Part shown: in pieces, positions 10,544-20,316 of the stretch | Layout: every line of letters begins with the position of its first letter | Numbering within the stretch: position 1 is the stretch's first letter | Source: Thermoproteota archaeon | GTDB taxonomy: Archaea > Thermoproteota > Thermoprotei > Gearchaeales > Gearchaeaceae | Assembly: GCA_021324265.1 (NCBI GenBank) | Contig: JAJPJK010000009.1 | Coordinates: 802 to 64,801, forward strand | DNA: 64,000 nt | Direction: 5' to 3' | Made by a program: the position numbers and the translations under genes | Notes under the pieces: generated by a model | The model's database searches: none | The model's input: the letters and a program-made list of their open reading frames with translations, nothing else | What the model was told of the DNA's origin: nothing

Positions 10544-11560
10544 ATGGTGAGAGAAATAAGAAGTCTACAGGTAACAGGAGGAGAAACCTATATAGTTTCT
10601 CTTCCAAAAAATTGGATTAAATCACTCAAGCTAAATCCACATGACAAAGTTGTAATGGTCGAGAACGAGGATTCTTCTCTAGCAATATATCCTGCAAAGC
10701 TACTAGATAAAAAAACAAAGCGTAGCGTAACGTTGATGTTTGAAGAATTGATGGATGAAAACACGCTCATAAGAGAATGTATAGGTAGCTACCTTGCAGG
10801 TTATACGAACATAAAGATAATCTTCGATAAGAAAAACATTCAGAAAAAGGCCTTTGTGAAAAATACATTGCGAGATAAGCTCATTGGAATAGAAGTAATC
10901 GAAGAGGGAATCGATAATATGACTATACAGGTATTCGCCGAAACTAAGGAGGCTGGTTTGATTAAGACATTGAACAGGCTTTTCAGCGTTGTTTTTCTCA
11001 TGCTTGAGAATTTGCTTGAAGGCATGAAGGCCAATTTAGATATACTTAAGGAAGTTTCGAAGTTAGATGATGAAGTCGATAGATTTTATCATTTCATAAC
11101 GAGGCAAATAAACCTAGCAATAGAAGATCCATACTCAATGCTCGATCTAGGCGTATCGAAGAAGACAGTTCTGATAGAATATAGACTCTTTTCTAAGACT
11201 TTGGAACGCATCGCAGATCACATTAGCCTAATATCCAAGAATTATGTCGAAGCTGAAAAGGAAATAGACAAGGATGTCATGGAAGAACTGCTTAATATAG
11301 GCAGCGAAGTTAAGGCACTTTTCATGAAGGCTTCAAATGCCTTCCTAGATAATAAAGTCAAGATGGCGAGGGAAAATGCGCTTGAGATTGAAGAATTCAT
11401 AGCTGAGATCGATGCATCTTTAGAAAAAATTACAAGGCAAATAAGGGAAAGGGATGCACTGCCGCTTGTAAGGATGATTCTAGAAAGCTTCAGGAGAATT
11501 GCAGAGTATTCAATGGATATATGTGAACTCGCAATAAACATTGAGAAGTTAAATAAGTAG
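10544..11560 (+). CDS. AbrB/SpoVT-domain plus PhoU-domain phosphate-uptake regulator
   Basis: N-terminal swapped-hairpin-like ETYIVSLPKNWIKSLKL. Two PhoU repeats (ERIADHIS, RRIAEYS). Confidence 0.7.
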   Translation: MVREIRSLQVTGGETYIVSLPKNWIKSLKLNPHDKVVMVENEDSSLAIYPAKLLDKKTKRSVTLMFEELMDENTLIRECIGSYLAGYTNIKIIFDKKNIQKKAFVKNTLRDKLIGIEVIEEGIDNMTIQVFAETKEAGLIKTLNRLFSVVFLMLENLLEGMKANLDILKEVSKLDDEVDRFYHFITRQINLAIEDPYSMLDLGVSKKTVLIEYRLFSKTLERIADHISLISKNYVEAEKEIDKDVMEELLNIGSEVKALFMKASNAFLDNKVKMARENALEIEEFIAEIDASLEKITRQIRERDALPLVRMILESFRRIAEYSMDICELAINIEKLNK

Positions 11561-11634
11561 CGGGCCCTGTGGGATTCGAACCCACGACCCCCCGGTTAAG
11601 AGCCGGGTGCTCAACCTGGCTAAGCTAAGGGCCC
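11561..11634 (-). tRNA. tRNA-Lys (CUU)
   Basis: Hand-folded cloverleaf of 74 nt. Acceptor GGGCCCT/AGGGCCC, D stem GCTT/GAGC, anticodon arm CCCGG-CTCTTAA-CCGGG, T arm GTGGG-TTCGAAT-CCCAC. Confidence 0.9.
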
Positions 11635-12075
11635 TCAGTCTTCGACTTTAATATTTAATTCACGGATCCTTTTAATTATTTTTGAAGTATCGTATAAGTC
11701 CTTATTAATCCTTTCCTTCAAACGCATGACCTCAGCTTTTATCCCATTTTCCTCTAAAAACTTATGCAGTTTCTCTTCATCAACTCGCTGATCAGGGCCT
11801 AGTAAAATTATGTCTGGCTTTATTTTCTTTATTATTTCGAAGATATTTTCGCCTTTATTGCCTAGCATTGCTTTGTAAACATATTTTATGCTTTGCACAA
11901 CTTCGAGCCTTTGTTTCTCACCTATCACAGGCTCTCTATTCTTGAATCTCCTAACATTCTCATCCCTAGCAACAACTACATATACCTTTCCCAGCTTGCT
12001 TGCTTGTTTGAATAAATAAATATGTCCAGGATGCAGGATTTCAAAGGTCCCAGTTACCATGACTTTTTTTACCAT
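11635..12075 (-). CDS. ribL: FAD synthetase (archaeal RibL, cytidylyltransferase family)
   Basis: MVKKVMVTGTFEILHPGH nucleotidyltransferase motif, VVVARDENV, ILLGPDQ. Start moved to ATG 12075; the ORF-track N-terminal extension to 12150 is low-complexity. Confidence 0.65.
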   Translation of the reverse strand: MVKKVMVTGTFEILHPGHIYLFKQASKLGKVYVVVARDENVRRFKNREPVIGEKQRLEVVQSIKYVYKAMLGNKGENIFEIIKKIKPDIILLGPDQRVDEEKLHKFLEENGIKAEVMRLKERINKDLYDTSKIIKRIRELNIKVED

Positions 12076-12112
12076 AGCTAAGAATTTAGTTGATTTTTCA
12101 AATAAATTAACG

Positions 12113-12748
12113 ATGGAAAGGGTAATAGAGGAGCTTAAAGAACTAGGCATAATTAGACGTGAAGTTGTTGAGAAGGCATTGAAAGAAGTACCGAGAGCAG
12201 AGTTCTTGCCTGAAGAAGTTAGGCAATATGCGCATCTAGATACGCCAATACCAATTGGCTATGATCAAACTACATCTGCGATCCACATGGTTAGCATGCT
12301 ATGCGAGGAAACAGAGCTTGAGGAAGGAGATGAAGTACTAGAAATAGGTACTGGCTCTGGATACATGGCATGTGTTTACAGTAAGATCACGAAAAAGGAA
12401 GTCTTTACAATAGAGATCATTCCAGAACTTGCGAAATTCGCAAAGAAGAACTTGAGGAAGCTTGGAATGGATGCTTTCATTCATGTTATCAATGCAGATG
12501 CAACGTTTTCATTGCCTTTTAGAAATGATTTCGACGTCATCATAGTTACAGCTTGCTCTAAAGATATTCCTAAGGAATACATTGAAAAGCTCAAAGATAG
12601 AGGGAGACTGATAATGCCTGTAGGCGCATACAAGTTCTCGCAAGATTTGATACTCATCAAAAAGATAGGAAAAAAGCAGGAAATGAAAAAGATAACTGAA
12701 GTGGCTTTCGTACCATTAAGGGGTATTGGAAGAATTTATAATGATTAG
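12113..12748 (+). CDS. pcm: protein-L-isoaspartate O-methyltransferase
   Basis: VPRAEFLP, SAIHMV, LEIGTGSGY (SAM motif I), VAFVPL. Start placed at ATG 12113 (MERVIEEL). Confidence 0.85.
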   Translation: MERVIEELKELGIIRREVVEKALKEVPRAEFLPEEVRQYAHLDTPIPIGYDQTTSAIHMVSMLCEETELEEGDEVLEIGTGSGYMACVYSKITKKEVFTIEIIPELAKFAKKNLRKLGMDAFIHVINADATFSLPFRNDFDVIIVTACSKDIPKEYIEKLKDRGRLIMPVGAYKFSQDLILIKKIGKKQEMKKITEVAFVPLRGIGRIYND

Positions 12749-13773
12749 CTGAACCAAGCTTCTAGCCCTGTTTGGCCCTTCTTAAAAATGCTCGCACTTC
12801 TTAGCCTTTGAATCGCATTCTTAACCCTATCTTCAGAAAAGTCCTTCTCGCTACATAAGAAATCTATTATTCCCTTCTCATCAGGATAAGTCCATTCTAT
12901 TTTATAATCCTTTCTCACTTCAGGCTCCAAAAAGAGCTTCTTTATCCTTTCATATTCTTCGCTATATTGAATGTTCAAGCTTGAAAGCGCCTTTTTGAGA
13001 TTCCCATATGTCGTTATTAGATTTAGTGCCCTCTTAGGACCTATCCCCTCAAAGCCTTCATTGTAATCTGTGCCTATCAATATTCCAAGCTCAATGAGCT
13101 GCTCTCTGTTTATATGCAAACTGTTAAAGACATCGTTCAGTTCAATCAACTCTGGAGAAATCTCTACATATGCCTCAACCCTAGGAAGCTTCCTCTTACC
13201 AGAGATCGTCAAGTTCCTTACCAATCTTGGAGCACCATAGAGTAGAGAATCATAATCTTGGCTAGCAGCAGCCCAAGCATCGCCTTTAATGGCTAGATAA
13301 GCTGCTTGCGCTTCGCCTTCTGAAGGACTTTCTACATAAGGTATGCCCATTAGGCTAAGAAGTTTTTTGCTATCTTCGACCATCTCATCGCTCAATCTTA
13401 CTGTACGCATGGCATAGGACTTAGCCTCTTTAAGCTCGCCTTTCTCATATGCCTCCTTGTACTTTTCCTCAGCTTCTTCCTTCAACTTCTTTCTCCGCTC
13501 TAATTCTTTCTGCTTTAAGCTAGGCGGCCTCCCATCAAAAACATAGACTGGCTTTATCCCTAGCTCTACTAAATTGACAGTCCTATAGAAAAGTCCAGAA
13601 ATATGGCTGGTTATCTGCCCTAACCTGTTCATAAGAGGCGTCCCATCAGCCTGCCTAATAGCAGAAAGATACTGATAAAGTGCATTATAAGCATCGATCG
13701 CAATTATTTTACCTGCTAAATCTTCGAGTTTTATGTTTTTTCGGGGAATTATGTCAGCCAGATCTACCCCCAT
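12745..13773 (-). CDS. fen: flap endonuclease 1
   Basis: MGVDL N-terminus, AIDAYNALYQ (XPG-N), SQDYDSLLYGAP (XPG-I), C-terminal PIP-like box QTGLEAWF. Confidence 0.9.
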   Translation of the reverse strand: MGVDLADIIPRKNIKLEDLAGKIIAIDAYNALYQYLSAIRQADGTPLMNRLGQITSHISGLFYRTVNLVELGIKPVYVFDGRPPSLKQKELERRKKLKEEAEEKYKEAYEKGELKEAKSYAMRTVRLSDEMVEDSKKLLSLMGIPYVESPSEGEAQAAYLAIKGDAWAAASQDYDSLLYGAPRLVRNLTISGKRKLPRVEAYVEISPELIELNDVFNSLHINREQLIELGILIGTDYNEGFEGIGPKRALNLITTYGNLKKALSSLNIQYSEEYERIKKLFLEPEVRKDYKIEWTYPDEKGIIDFLCSEKDFSEDRVKNAIQRLRSASIFKKGQTGLEAWFS

Positions 13774-14005
13774 GATCTTTCAACATGATTATTTTCGTAT
13801 CCCTTTGATTTATAACTAAAATTTTGTCCATGAGCTCAAGATACATAAGAGCCTTATAGACCTCTTTTTTTGAAGGTAGCTCAACTAGATTCTTTTTTAT
13901 TTTAAAGGCATCCTTCAATTCTTCCATGAGTTCATCCTCACTCAAATTGTTCTTCTTTTTCAAAATATCATAGATGACATTCTCGAGCGGTAGCCTGTAA
14001 TTCAT
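13754..14005 (-). CDS. hypothetical small protein (83 aa)
   Basis: ORF overlaps the cdc48 stop (ATGA) and the fen1 start by 20 nt. No motif recognised. Confidence 0.4.
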   Translation of the reverse strand: MNYRLPLENVIYDILKKKNNLSEDELMEELKDAFKIKKNLVELPSKKEVYKALMYLELMDKILVINQRDTKIIMLKDHGGRSG

Positions 14006-16185
14006 AAAAATTGAAGCGCAGAGGGTTTTGTCTGGAAGAGCTGCCTCGATTTATTATACCAGTCTAGATAGAAGTTCACGAGCGCCTCATTTGCAGAGGG
14101 CCTTACCTTCTTAAGCACTTCAAGGAAGTGCTTCATGGAAACCCTTTCATCTTTATTCCTTATCGCCAAGAGTGCAGCCTCTCTGCATATACTCTTAATA
14201 TCTGCACCAGTATACCAGTTCGTCATCTTCGCTAGCTGTAGGACATCAATGTCTTTATCTACCTTCATCTTTGATATATATAGCCTGAAGATCTCGGCTC
14301 TCTCAGTCTCATTGGGAGGAAGAATCAAGAGCACCTTATCGAATCTGCCAGTTCTAAGTATAGCGGGATCAAGAAGATCTGGCCTGTTCGTAGAGCCGAG
14401 AACGAAAACTAAATCCTTATTATCGAAGCTATCAAGCTCTGTTAAGAACTGGCTCAATACCAAATCATATACTTCGCTGCTATAATTGCCCTTCGTCGAA
14501 GCTATAGCCTCAATTTCATCGAAGAAGATTATCGCCGGAGATGCCATTTTAGCTTTCCTGAATATCTCTCTTATCGCCCTTTCAGACTCACCTACCCACT
14601 TGCTATATATTGAAGGACTGTTTACAGAGATGAAGTTTATTCCGCTTTCATTCGCTATTGCTTTTGCGAGCATTGTTTTACCAACGCCCGGAGGACCTAC
14701 GAGCAAAATCCCTCTTACAGGCTCTATCCCGAATTCCTTGTATACATTGCCCTCCTTTACAGGAAGGATCAAGGAATCGTAGAGCTCTCGCTTAGCATCT
14801 TCAAGACCCCCTATATCGCTCAGCTTAATATTAGGCTTCTCGAAATAAACCTCTCTGAGTGCACTAGGAGTTATTTCCTTCAAAGCCTTGAGGAAATCTT
14901 CATTCTTAACTTCTACCTTCTCTATTATTTCAGGTGAAAGCTTCTTATTTGAATTGAGATCGGGCAAGTATCTCCTTATTGCTATCATTGCAGCCTCTCT
15001 TACAAGCGCAGCTAGATCTGCACCTACGAAGCCATGCGTTACTTCAGCGAGATAATCTAGATTAACGTCCTGCGAAAGCGGCATATTCCTTGTATGGATT
15101 TGAAGGATTTCGAGCCTACCGCTCTTATCTGGAACTGGGAATTCGATTTCTCTATCAAATCTCCCCGGTCTTCGAAGTGCAGGATCTAGCATGTTTGGCA
15201 CATTCGTTGCTCCTATAACAACGACATTATCCCTCTGCTCCAAGCCATCCATTAATGCTAATAGCTGAGCAACGACGCGCTTCTCAACTTCACCATGTAC
15301 TTCCTCTCTCCTAGGAGCTATGGCATCGATTTCATCTATGAATATTATCGAAGGTGCATGTTGCCTTGCATCCTCGAATATCTCTCTAAGCCTAGCTTCA
15401 GATTCACCGTAATATTTGTTCATGATTTCAGGGCCGTTTACAGAAATGAAATATGCTGCACTTTCATTGGCAACAGCCCTAGCTAACAAAGTCTTACCTG
15501 AGCCAGGAGGGCCATAGAGCAATATGCCTTTAGGCGGATCGATGCCTAGCCGCTTGAAGAGCTCAGGATAGCGAAGTGGAAGTTCGATGAGCTCCCTTAC
15601 CTTTTCTATGATCCTCTTAAGGCCACCAATGTCCTCATAAGAAACTCTGTATCTCGCTAGCTCAGAGACTGGCTTCTCAAGGAGGACAAGATTTGTACTG
15701 CTATCTATTATCACAATACCATTGGGCTTCGTAGATACTACCTTGAAAATGAGACTATATTCAAGGCCTGGAACTTGGACCAAATCTCCTTCCAAAACTG
15801 GTCTATTCATGAGTTTATTCTTTATGTATAGCAGCGATGACTGATCTATGTTAATTGCATGATCTTGTGGTGCAAGTCTAACGAGCTCAGCTACACTATA
15901 ATCGGCTTTCCTAACAACAACCCTTTCTCCCAGTGAAACATTGGCATTCTTCCTAAGCAATCCATCCATCCTTATTATTTGGAGACCTTCATCTTCTGGC
16001 ATCGCAGGCAATGCTAGAGCAACAGTCTTAGATTTACCTTCAATTTCAACTACAGGAAGATCACCCAGATTTAGCTTCTCTAGCAAAGAACCATCGATCC
16101 TCACCCTTCCCTTTCCAACATCTCTTTGCTTAGCTTCCGCTACTCTTAGAACGATCTCTCGCTTCTCTTGGGAAGAAGATTTCAT
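14002..16185 (-). CDS. cdc48: CDC48/VCP-type AAA+ ATPase
   Basis: Two AAA modules. [15 protein letters not shown] with IIFIDEIDA, and [15 protein letters not shown] with [10 protein letters not shown]-terminal substrate-binding domain; 727 aa. Confidence 0.95.
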   Translation of the reverse strand: MKSSSQEKREIVLRVAEAKQRDVGKGRVRIDGSLLEKLNLGDLPVVEIEGKSKTVALALPAMPEDEGLQIIRMDGLLRKNANVSLGERVVVRKADYSVAELVRLAPQDHAINIDQSSLLYIKNKLMNRPVLEGDLVQVPGLEYSLIFKVVSTKPNGIVIIDSSTNLVLLEKPVSELARYRVSYEDIGGLKRIIEKVRELIELPLRYPELFKRLGIDPPKGILLYGPPGSGKTLLARAVANESAAYFISVNGPEIMNKYYGESEARLREIFEDARQHAPSIIFIDEIDAIAPRREEVHGEVEKRVVAQLLALMDGLEQRDNVVVIGATNVPNMLDPALRRPGRFDREIEFPVPDKSGRLEILQIHTRNMPLSQDVNLDYLAEVTHGFVGADLAALVREAAMIAIRRYLPDLNSNKKLSPEIIEKVEVKNEDFLKALKEITPSALREVYFEKPNIKLSDIGGLEDAKRELYDSLILPVKEGNVYKEFGIEPVRGILLVGPPGVGKTMLAKAIANESGINFISVNSPSIYSKWVGESERAIREIFRKAKMASPAIIFFDEIEAIASTKGNYSSEVYDLVLSQFLTELDSFDNKDLVFVLGSTNRPDLLDPAILRTGRFDKVLLILPPNETERAEIFRLYISKMKVDKDIDVLQLAKMTNWYTGADIKSICREAALLAIRNKDERVSMKHFLEVLKKVRPSANEALVNFYLDWYNKSRQLFQTKPSALQFL

Positions 16186-16192
16186 CTTAATT

Positions 16193-16462
16193 TTAAATTA
16201 AGGATACGAATTCGATTTCTACTTGCTCCACACCGTTTATCTGCGAAAGGAATTCCTCTATTTTTGAAGTACCTCCTTCAGTATTATCTGGGATCGCAAG
16301 ATAGAGCTTGAGTGCATTGAGGCCGAAAGCGACGGGCTCTATCTTATATCCTTTGAGCTCTACATTTTGAGGAAGCTGGTTCTTAACAGATTGATAGATC
16401 TGCTCAAGGTTTAAGTTTATATCATTCGGCAAAACCTTCGCAACGACCAATACCTTTCCCAT
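16193..16462 (-). CDS. translation elongation factor aEF-1 beta
   Basis: 89 aa. MGKVLVVAKVLP...AFGLNALKLY pattern and size typical of aEF-1beta. Confidence 0.8.
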   Translation of the reverse strand: MGKVLVVAKVLPNDINLNLEQIYQSVKNQLPQNVELKGYKIEPVAFGLNALKLYLAIPDNTEGGTSKIEEFLSQINGVEQVEIEFVSLI

Positions 16463-16463
16463 T

Positions 16464-16643
16464 TCAAGGACCCTTAAAACCGCACTTAACGCAGGTATAT
16501 GATACGACGAGCTTCCTGCATTTCTCGCACCTTACAATTATGCTGCCTCCGCAATTAGGACAAGGGAATTTTACTGCTCTTTCATATGGAGGAATGATCC
16601 TATTGCAAGAGCTACATCTGCTAAGCGTTACTCCAAGACTCAT
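16464..16643 (-). CDS. small zinc-ribbon protein (59 aa), of the kind commonly adjacent to aEF-1beta
   Basis: Below the ORF-track cutoff. Hand translation MSLGVTLSRCSSCNRIIPPYERAVKFPCPNCGGSIIVRCEKCRKLVVSYTCVKCGFKGP has four CxxC pairs. Its stop is 1 nt from the aEF-1beta start. Confidence 0.6.
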   Translation of the reverse strand: MSLGVTLSRCSSCNRIIPPYERAVKFPCPNCGGSIIVRCEKCRKLVVSYTCVKCGFKGP

Positions 16644-16675
16644 GAATAGTGATATTCGTAAACATATTAATAAAT

Positions 16676-17815
16676 CTATGCGCGACCCAAAAAAGAATTT
16701 ATAAGGCTTTTCAAACCTTTTCTCGAAAAACTTAAGTCTTTTATAAATAGTGAGATGACATTTTCATGGAAGTCTTGCATATCGATGCTTATTTCCTTGA
16801 TCGCTCCGCTATTAACTATGGAATCAAGGATTATTTCTTTCTGCCTTTGAGACATATTGAAGAAAAGCTTCGAGAAGCGCTGCATTCTGTTAATCCTTTC
16901 TACTATATACTTCTTAGTAAGTGAGTTGATTTTATAAAGCACTTTGGGATCAAAACTTTCTAAATAACTAGGGAATAAGGATCCTATTATTTTAGAGCCC
17001 AGCGTGCCGAAGAAAAGACCTCCTCCTGTAGTTGGCTTTACATGTCCTGCAGAATCGCCTATAAATGCGACTCTAGAGAAAACGTTTTCTTTCAAAGCAC
17101 CTCCTATTACAATTCTTCCGCTGTATACAGCGCTTATTTTCCCCTTTATCCTCCTTTTCTCTATGAACTTATCCAATGCGAGTTTTGGAGAAATCTTAGA
17201 ATTCGCTAAACCGACCAAAAAGCTAGAACTTGAAGTAGGTGCTAGCCATGCAAAGAAGCCCTCTGCTTCTTTAGCGAATATGATCTCAACAGCTTCTTGA
17301 TCTTCTACTTCACCCTCGATCTCGTATTGCATGCCAGGTATTGATTCAGGTGTTTTCATGAAAGGCAGCAAGCTAGGTCTAGAGCCAGCAGCATATATAA
17401 GACCTTTAGCATAATGAACATCGCCTGCATCTACGACTACTTTATCCTTCTGTATATCGATTTTCTTCACTCTCTTGCCGGTGAATATTTTGCAGCCTAA
17501 TTTAGAGGCTTCTTCATAGAGAAGCTCTTCAAATCTTATCCTATCAAGCACGAGCGTAACATCTGAAGGGAAGCTAAGATCGAAGCTTTTATTATCATAT
17601 TTAAAGACAGCCCTTTTGACTTTGTTTACAATGCTACCGAATGCTGCATTTCCTATCAACTTCGCTGCATCATTGCTTATTATACCTGTGCAGTGCCTAG
17701 GTATTCCTATCTTCCTATCTTCTTCCAGAACAATGACTTCATTACCATTTTTAGCGAGTTCAATTGCTGAATAAAGACCTGATGGACCAGCGCCAACTAT
17801 GATGAAATCGAGCAT
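16676..17815 (-). CDS. geranylgeranyl reductase-family flavoprotein (digeranylgeranylglycerophospholipid reductase-like)
   Basis: IIVGAGPSGL FAD motif, PRHCTGII, GDSAGHVKPTTGGG; 379 aa. Confidence 0.7.
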   Translation of the reverse strand: MLDFIIVGAGPSGLYSAIELAKNGNEVIVLEEDRKIGIPRHCTGIISNDAAKLIGNAAFGSIVNKVKRAVFKYDNKSFDLSFPSDVTLVLDRIRFEELLYEEASKLGCKIFTGKRVKKIDIQKDKVVVDAGDVHYAKGLIYAAGSRPSLLPFMKTPESIPGMQYEIEGEVEDQEAVEIIFAKEAEGFFAWLAPTSSSSFLVGLANSKISPKLALDKFIEKRRIKGKISAVYSGRIVIGGALKENVFSRVAFIGDSAGHVKPTTGGGLFFGTLGSKIIGSLFPSYLESFDPKVLYKINSLTKKYIVERINRMQRFSKLFFNMSQRQKEIILDSIVNSGAIKEISIDMQDFHENVISLFIKDLSFSRKGLKSLINSFLGRA

Positions 17816-17849
17816 GTTTTATATTACATACAACTTCGATAAATAGGGC

Positions 17850-18197
17850 ATGAAGCAAGCCATTGTTGTGAGGACAGATATAAAGATGGGGAAAGGTAAG
17901 CTAGCTGCACAGGTTGCACATGCATCGTTAGCAGCTTTCTTAGAATCAATGGAGAAGAATAGAGCTAAAGTAGAAGCATGGCTTTCCGAAGGCCAGAAAA
18001 AAATTGTACTCAAGGCAGAGAGCTTGGAAAAACTCATGGATTTATATAAGAAAGCAAAGGAAAAAGGCCTAGTTGCAGTTTTAATAGAGGACAAAGGGCT
18101 AACTCAGCTTGAACCGGGAACAATAACATGCATCGCTATTGGACCAGATGAAGATAGAAGCATAGATGAAATAACATCGAAGCTCAAGCTTCTTTAG
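17850..18197 (+). CDS. pth2: peptidyl-tRNA hydrolase, archaeal Pth2 type
   Basis: 115 aa. KQAIVVRTDIKMGKGKLAAQVAHAS signature. Confidence 0.85.
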   Translation: MKQAIVVRTDIKMGKGKLAAQVAHASLAAFLESMEKNRAKVEAWLSEGQKKIVLKAESLEKLMDLYKKAKEKGLVAVLIEDKGLTQLEPGTITCIAIGPDEDRSIDEITSKLKLL

Positions 18198-19480
18198 GGC
18201 ACTAATCTATCCACATCTCTTGGGAAAAGTACTGCTTCTCTTATGTTCTTCTTCGCTGTAAGCATCATTAGTAGCCTTGAAATCCCAAGCCCAAAGCCTG
18301 CATGCGGAGGCGATGCAACATCTAGTGCTTTTATGAATATATCGAAGTTCTCAACATTTAGGTTATTTCGCTTAAGCTTCTCTATGAGGACTTCACTTTT
18401 ATTTACCCTCTCTCCACCTGAAGCTATTTCAAGGAAGCCAAAATTCAGATCAAAAGACCTCGTTATTCTCGGATCATTTTCATGTTCCTTTGTATAGAAA
18501 GGCCTTAGCGAAGAAGGCCAGTCCTTTATGAAGTAAAATCTTTGCCCTATTTTTTCGCTGAGCAGGCTTAGTGCTAACTGAGGAATATCATCACCCCATT
18601 TATAGCCCTTATCTTTAAGATGATCAATCGCTTCATCATAACTCATCCTTTCGAATTTATAGTTCAAATCCAAAGCATTCAAGCCAAGCTTATCGAAATA
18701 TTCTTTCGCTTCTTCATACGTCCTATTTATAGCATACTTGAGTAGTTCTTCAAGTAAATCCATTATATCTTCATAACTATAAAAGGCACACTCAACGTCA
18801 AAAGATATGAACTCGGCTAAATGGTAATTCGTCCTAGATTTCTCAGCCCTATAATACTGAGCTATTTCAAAGACCTTCTCGAATACACCTGCACACATTT
18901 CTTTGTAAATTTGCGGACTTTGTGCAAGATATGCATCCTTTCCGAAATAGTCTACCTTGAAAAGCTCAGCACCTCCTTCCGTTGCGAATCTAATTATCTT
19001 TGGAGTGAAGATTTCTACGAATCCTCTGCTGTACAAAAAATCTCTTATGTTCTTTACAAGTACGCTCTGGATTTTGAAAGTGTAGAAGTATTCCTCTCGC
19101 CTTAATGAGATATATCTCGCATCTAAGATCTTAGGAAGCTCGGCATCTATTTTACCGCTAACATCAATGGGCAGTGGATGCTTCGCCTTGGCTAGTATCT
19201 CGATATCCTCAGGTATTATCTCATAGCCCAGCTTAGCGATTTGTGAACGAATGACTTTACCGCGAATTCTTATGACATCTTCATGGTGCAGCTTACTCAC
19301 CTTTTCTAGTAATTCTTGCTTATGTTCACTTTTCTTTACCGTTACCTGTGCTTTTCCTGTCGAATCTCTAAGGATGATGAAAATAATAGGCTTCGTTTCC
19401 CTGATCTCATGTACCCAGCCATAGAAATCTGCGCTTGTATTTTCTAGACTAGCAATATCTTTTATATAGTACTTTTTCAT
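18194..19480 (-). CDS. aspS: aspartate--tRNA ligase (archaeal type)
   Basis: Class IIb. Motif 2 YRAEKSRTNYHLAEF, motif 3 GFGLGISRL, C-terminal FPRDVDRLVP typical of archaeal AspRS rather than AsnRS. Confidence 0.8.
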   Translation of the reverse strand: MKKYYIKDIASLENTSADFYGWVHEIRETKPIIFIILRDSTGKAQVTVKKSEHKQELLEKVSKLHHEDVIRIRGKVIRSQIAKLGYEIIPEDIEILAKAKHPLPIDVSGKIDAELPKILDARYISLRREEYFYTFKIQSVLVKNIRDFLYSRGFVEIFTPKIIRFATEGGAELFKVDYFGKDAYLAQSPQIYKEMCAGVFEKVFEIAQYYRAEKSRTNYHLAEFISFDVECAFYSYEDIMDLLEELLKYAINRTYEEAKEYFDKLGLNALDLNYKFERMSYDEAIDHLKDKGYKWGDDIPQLALSLLSEKIGQRFYFIKDWPSSLRPFYTKEHENDPRITRSFDLNFGFLEIASGGERVNKSEVLIEKLKRNNLNVENFDIFIKALDVASPPHAGFGLGISRLLMMLTAKKNIREAVLFPRDVDRLVP

Positions 19481-19481
19481 T

Positions 19482-19988
19482 TCATTCCAAAATTATCCTA
19501 ACCTTTGAAGATAATAAATCACTAAGTAGGTGTTCTAGCTCTAAGATGTCTTCGCCCAACCTCTTTGCATCCCCTCCACTTAATCTAATAGCATATTCAT
19601 GCGTGCCATCAGGTGCCCAGACCTCATTGACGCTAAGTACTCTTGCAGGATACATGACCTGATTCACCAATCTTTTAACATCATTACTTTTCTCAACTAT
19701 CCTAACATTCTTGGATATCTTATTTGAAAGTAGCTTGGATATACTTGAAAGAAAAGCTGGATTGAAGAAATCATTTGATGAAAGCACAACTATTAGGGTA
19801 TTTTTGCCTATTTCTCCTACGAAATCGAGGCTAGCATTCTGAAGTTCTCTAAATCTAGGCTCAGCTTCATAGAGGAATCTAGCAATGTTAATCTCGACGG
19901 GCGAAACTATAGAATTCTTTATCTTATACTCACATTGCTCGCAATATACTCCACTCGTAGCACAAACCTTACAAATTCTAGCCTTCAT
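19482..19988 (-). CDS. zinc-ribbon plus KH/NusA-like RNA-binding protein (tentative)
   Basis: N-terminal CKVC...CEQC. C-terminal YPARVLSVNEVWAPDG...IRLSGGDAKRLG resembles a NusA-type KH segment. Confidence 0.4.
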   Translation of the reverse strand: MKARICKVCATSGVYCEQCEYKIKNSIVSPVEINIARFLYEAEPRFRELQNASLDFVGEIGKNTLIVVLSSNDFFNPAFLSSISKLLSNKISKNVRIVEKSNDVKRLVNQVMYPARVLSVNEVWAPDGTHEYAIRLSGGDAKRLGEDILELEHLLSDLLSSKVRIILE

Positions 19989-20057
19989 TTTTAATACAAC
20001 TAATTATTGATGAGAATTCGTTAAATATTTAAATCTCTGCTTTTTCAACTTTAATGT

Positions 20058-20222
20058 ATGCCAGTTACGGATCCTGAAAAGATACAGCTTGCTCAAAGAT
20101 ATTTGCTATTCGTTAAGATATGCAGAGAATGTGGTGCTAGGAACTCTATAAAAGCTGAAAGATGCAGGAAGTGTAGAAAGAAGAATTTGAGGCTCAAGAG
20201 AAGAGAAATAGCTAAGAGGTAA
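20058..20222 (+). CDS. rpl40e: 50S ribosomal protein L40e
   Basis: 54-aa ORF below the track cutoff: MPVTDPEKIQLAQRYLLFVKICRECGARNSIKAERCRKCRKKNLRLKRREIAKR. C4 zinc ribbon and basic tail, similar to crenarchaeal L40e as I recall it. TATA-like TTAAATATTTAAAT lies 24-37 nt upstream. Confidence 0.75.
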   Translation: MPVTDPEKIQLAQRYLLFVKICRECGARNSIKAERCRKCRKKNLRLKRREIAKR

Positions 20223-20241
20223 TCAGCACATTATTTTTTCA

Positions 20242-20316
20242 GGGCTGGTGGTCGAGCCTGGTTAAGATGCCTGCCTCACACGCAGGAGGACCCCGGTTCG
20301 AATCCGGGCCAGCCCA
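20242..20316 (+). tRNA. tRNA-Val (CAC)
   Basis: 75 nt. Acceptor GGGCTGG/CCAGCCC, anticodon arm CCTGC-CTCACAC-GCAGG, T arm CCCGG-TTCGAAT-CCGGG. Confidence 0.9.

Noticed and set aside
11635-12150. Long forms of ribL (start 12150) and pcm (start 12059) that overlap each other head-to-head
   Set aside because: The extensions are low-complexity and lie upstream of the conserved N-termini. The internal ATGs at 12075 and 12113 fit the families. The remaining 37-bp divergent spacer is unusually short but was not pursued further.
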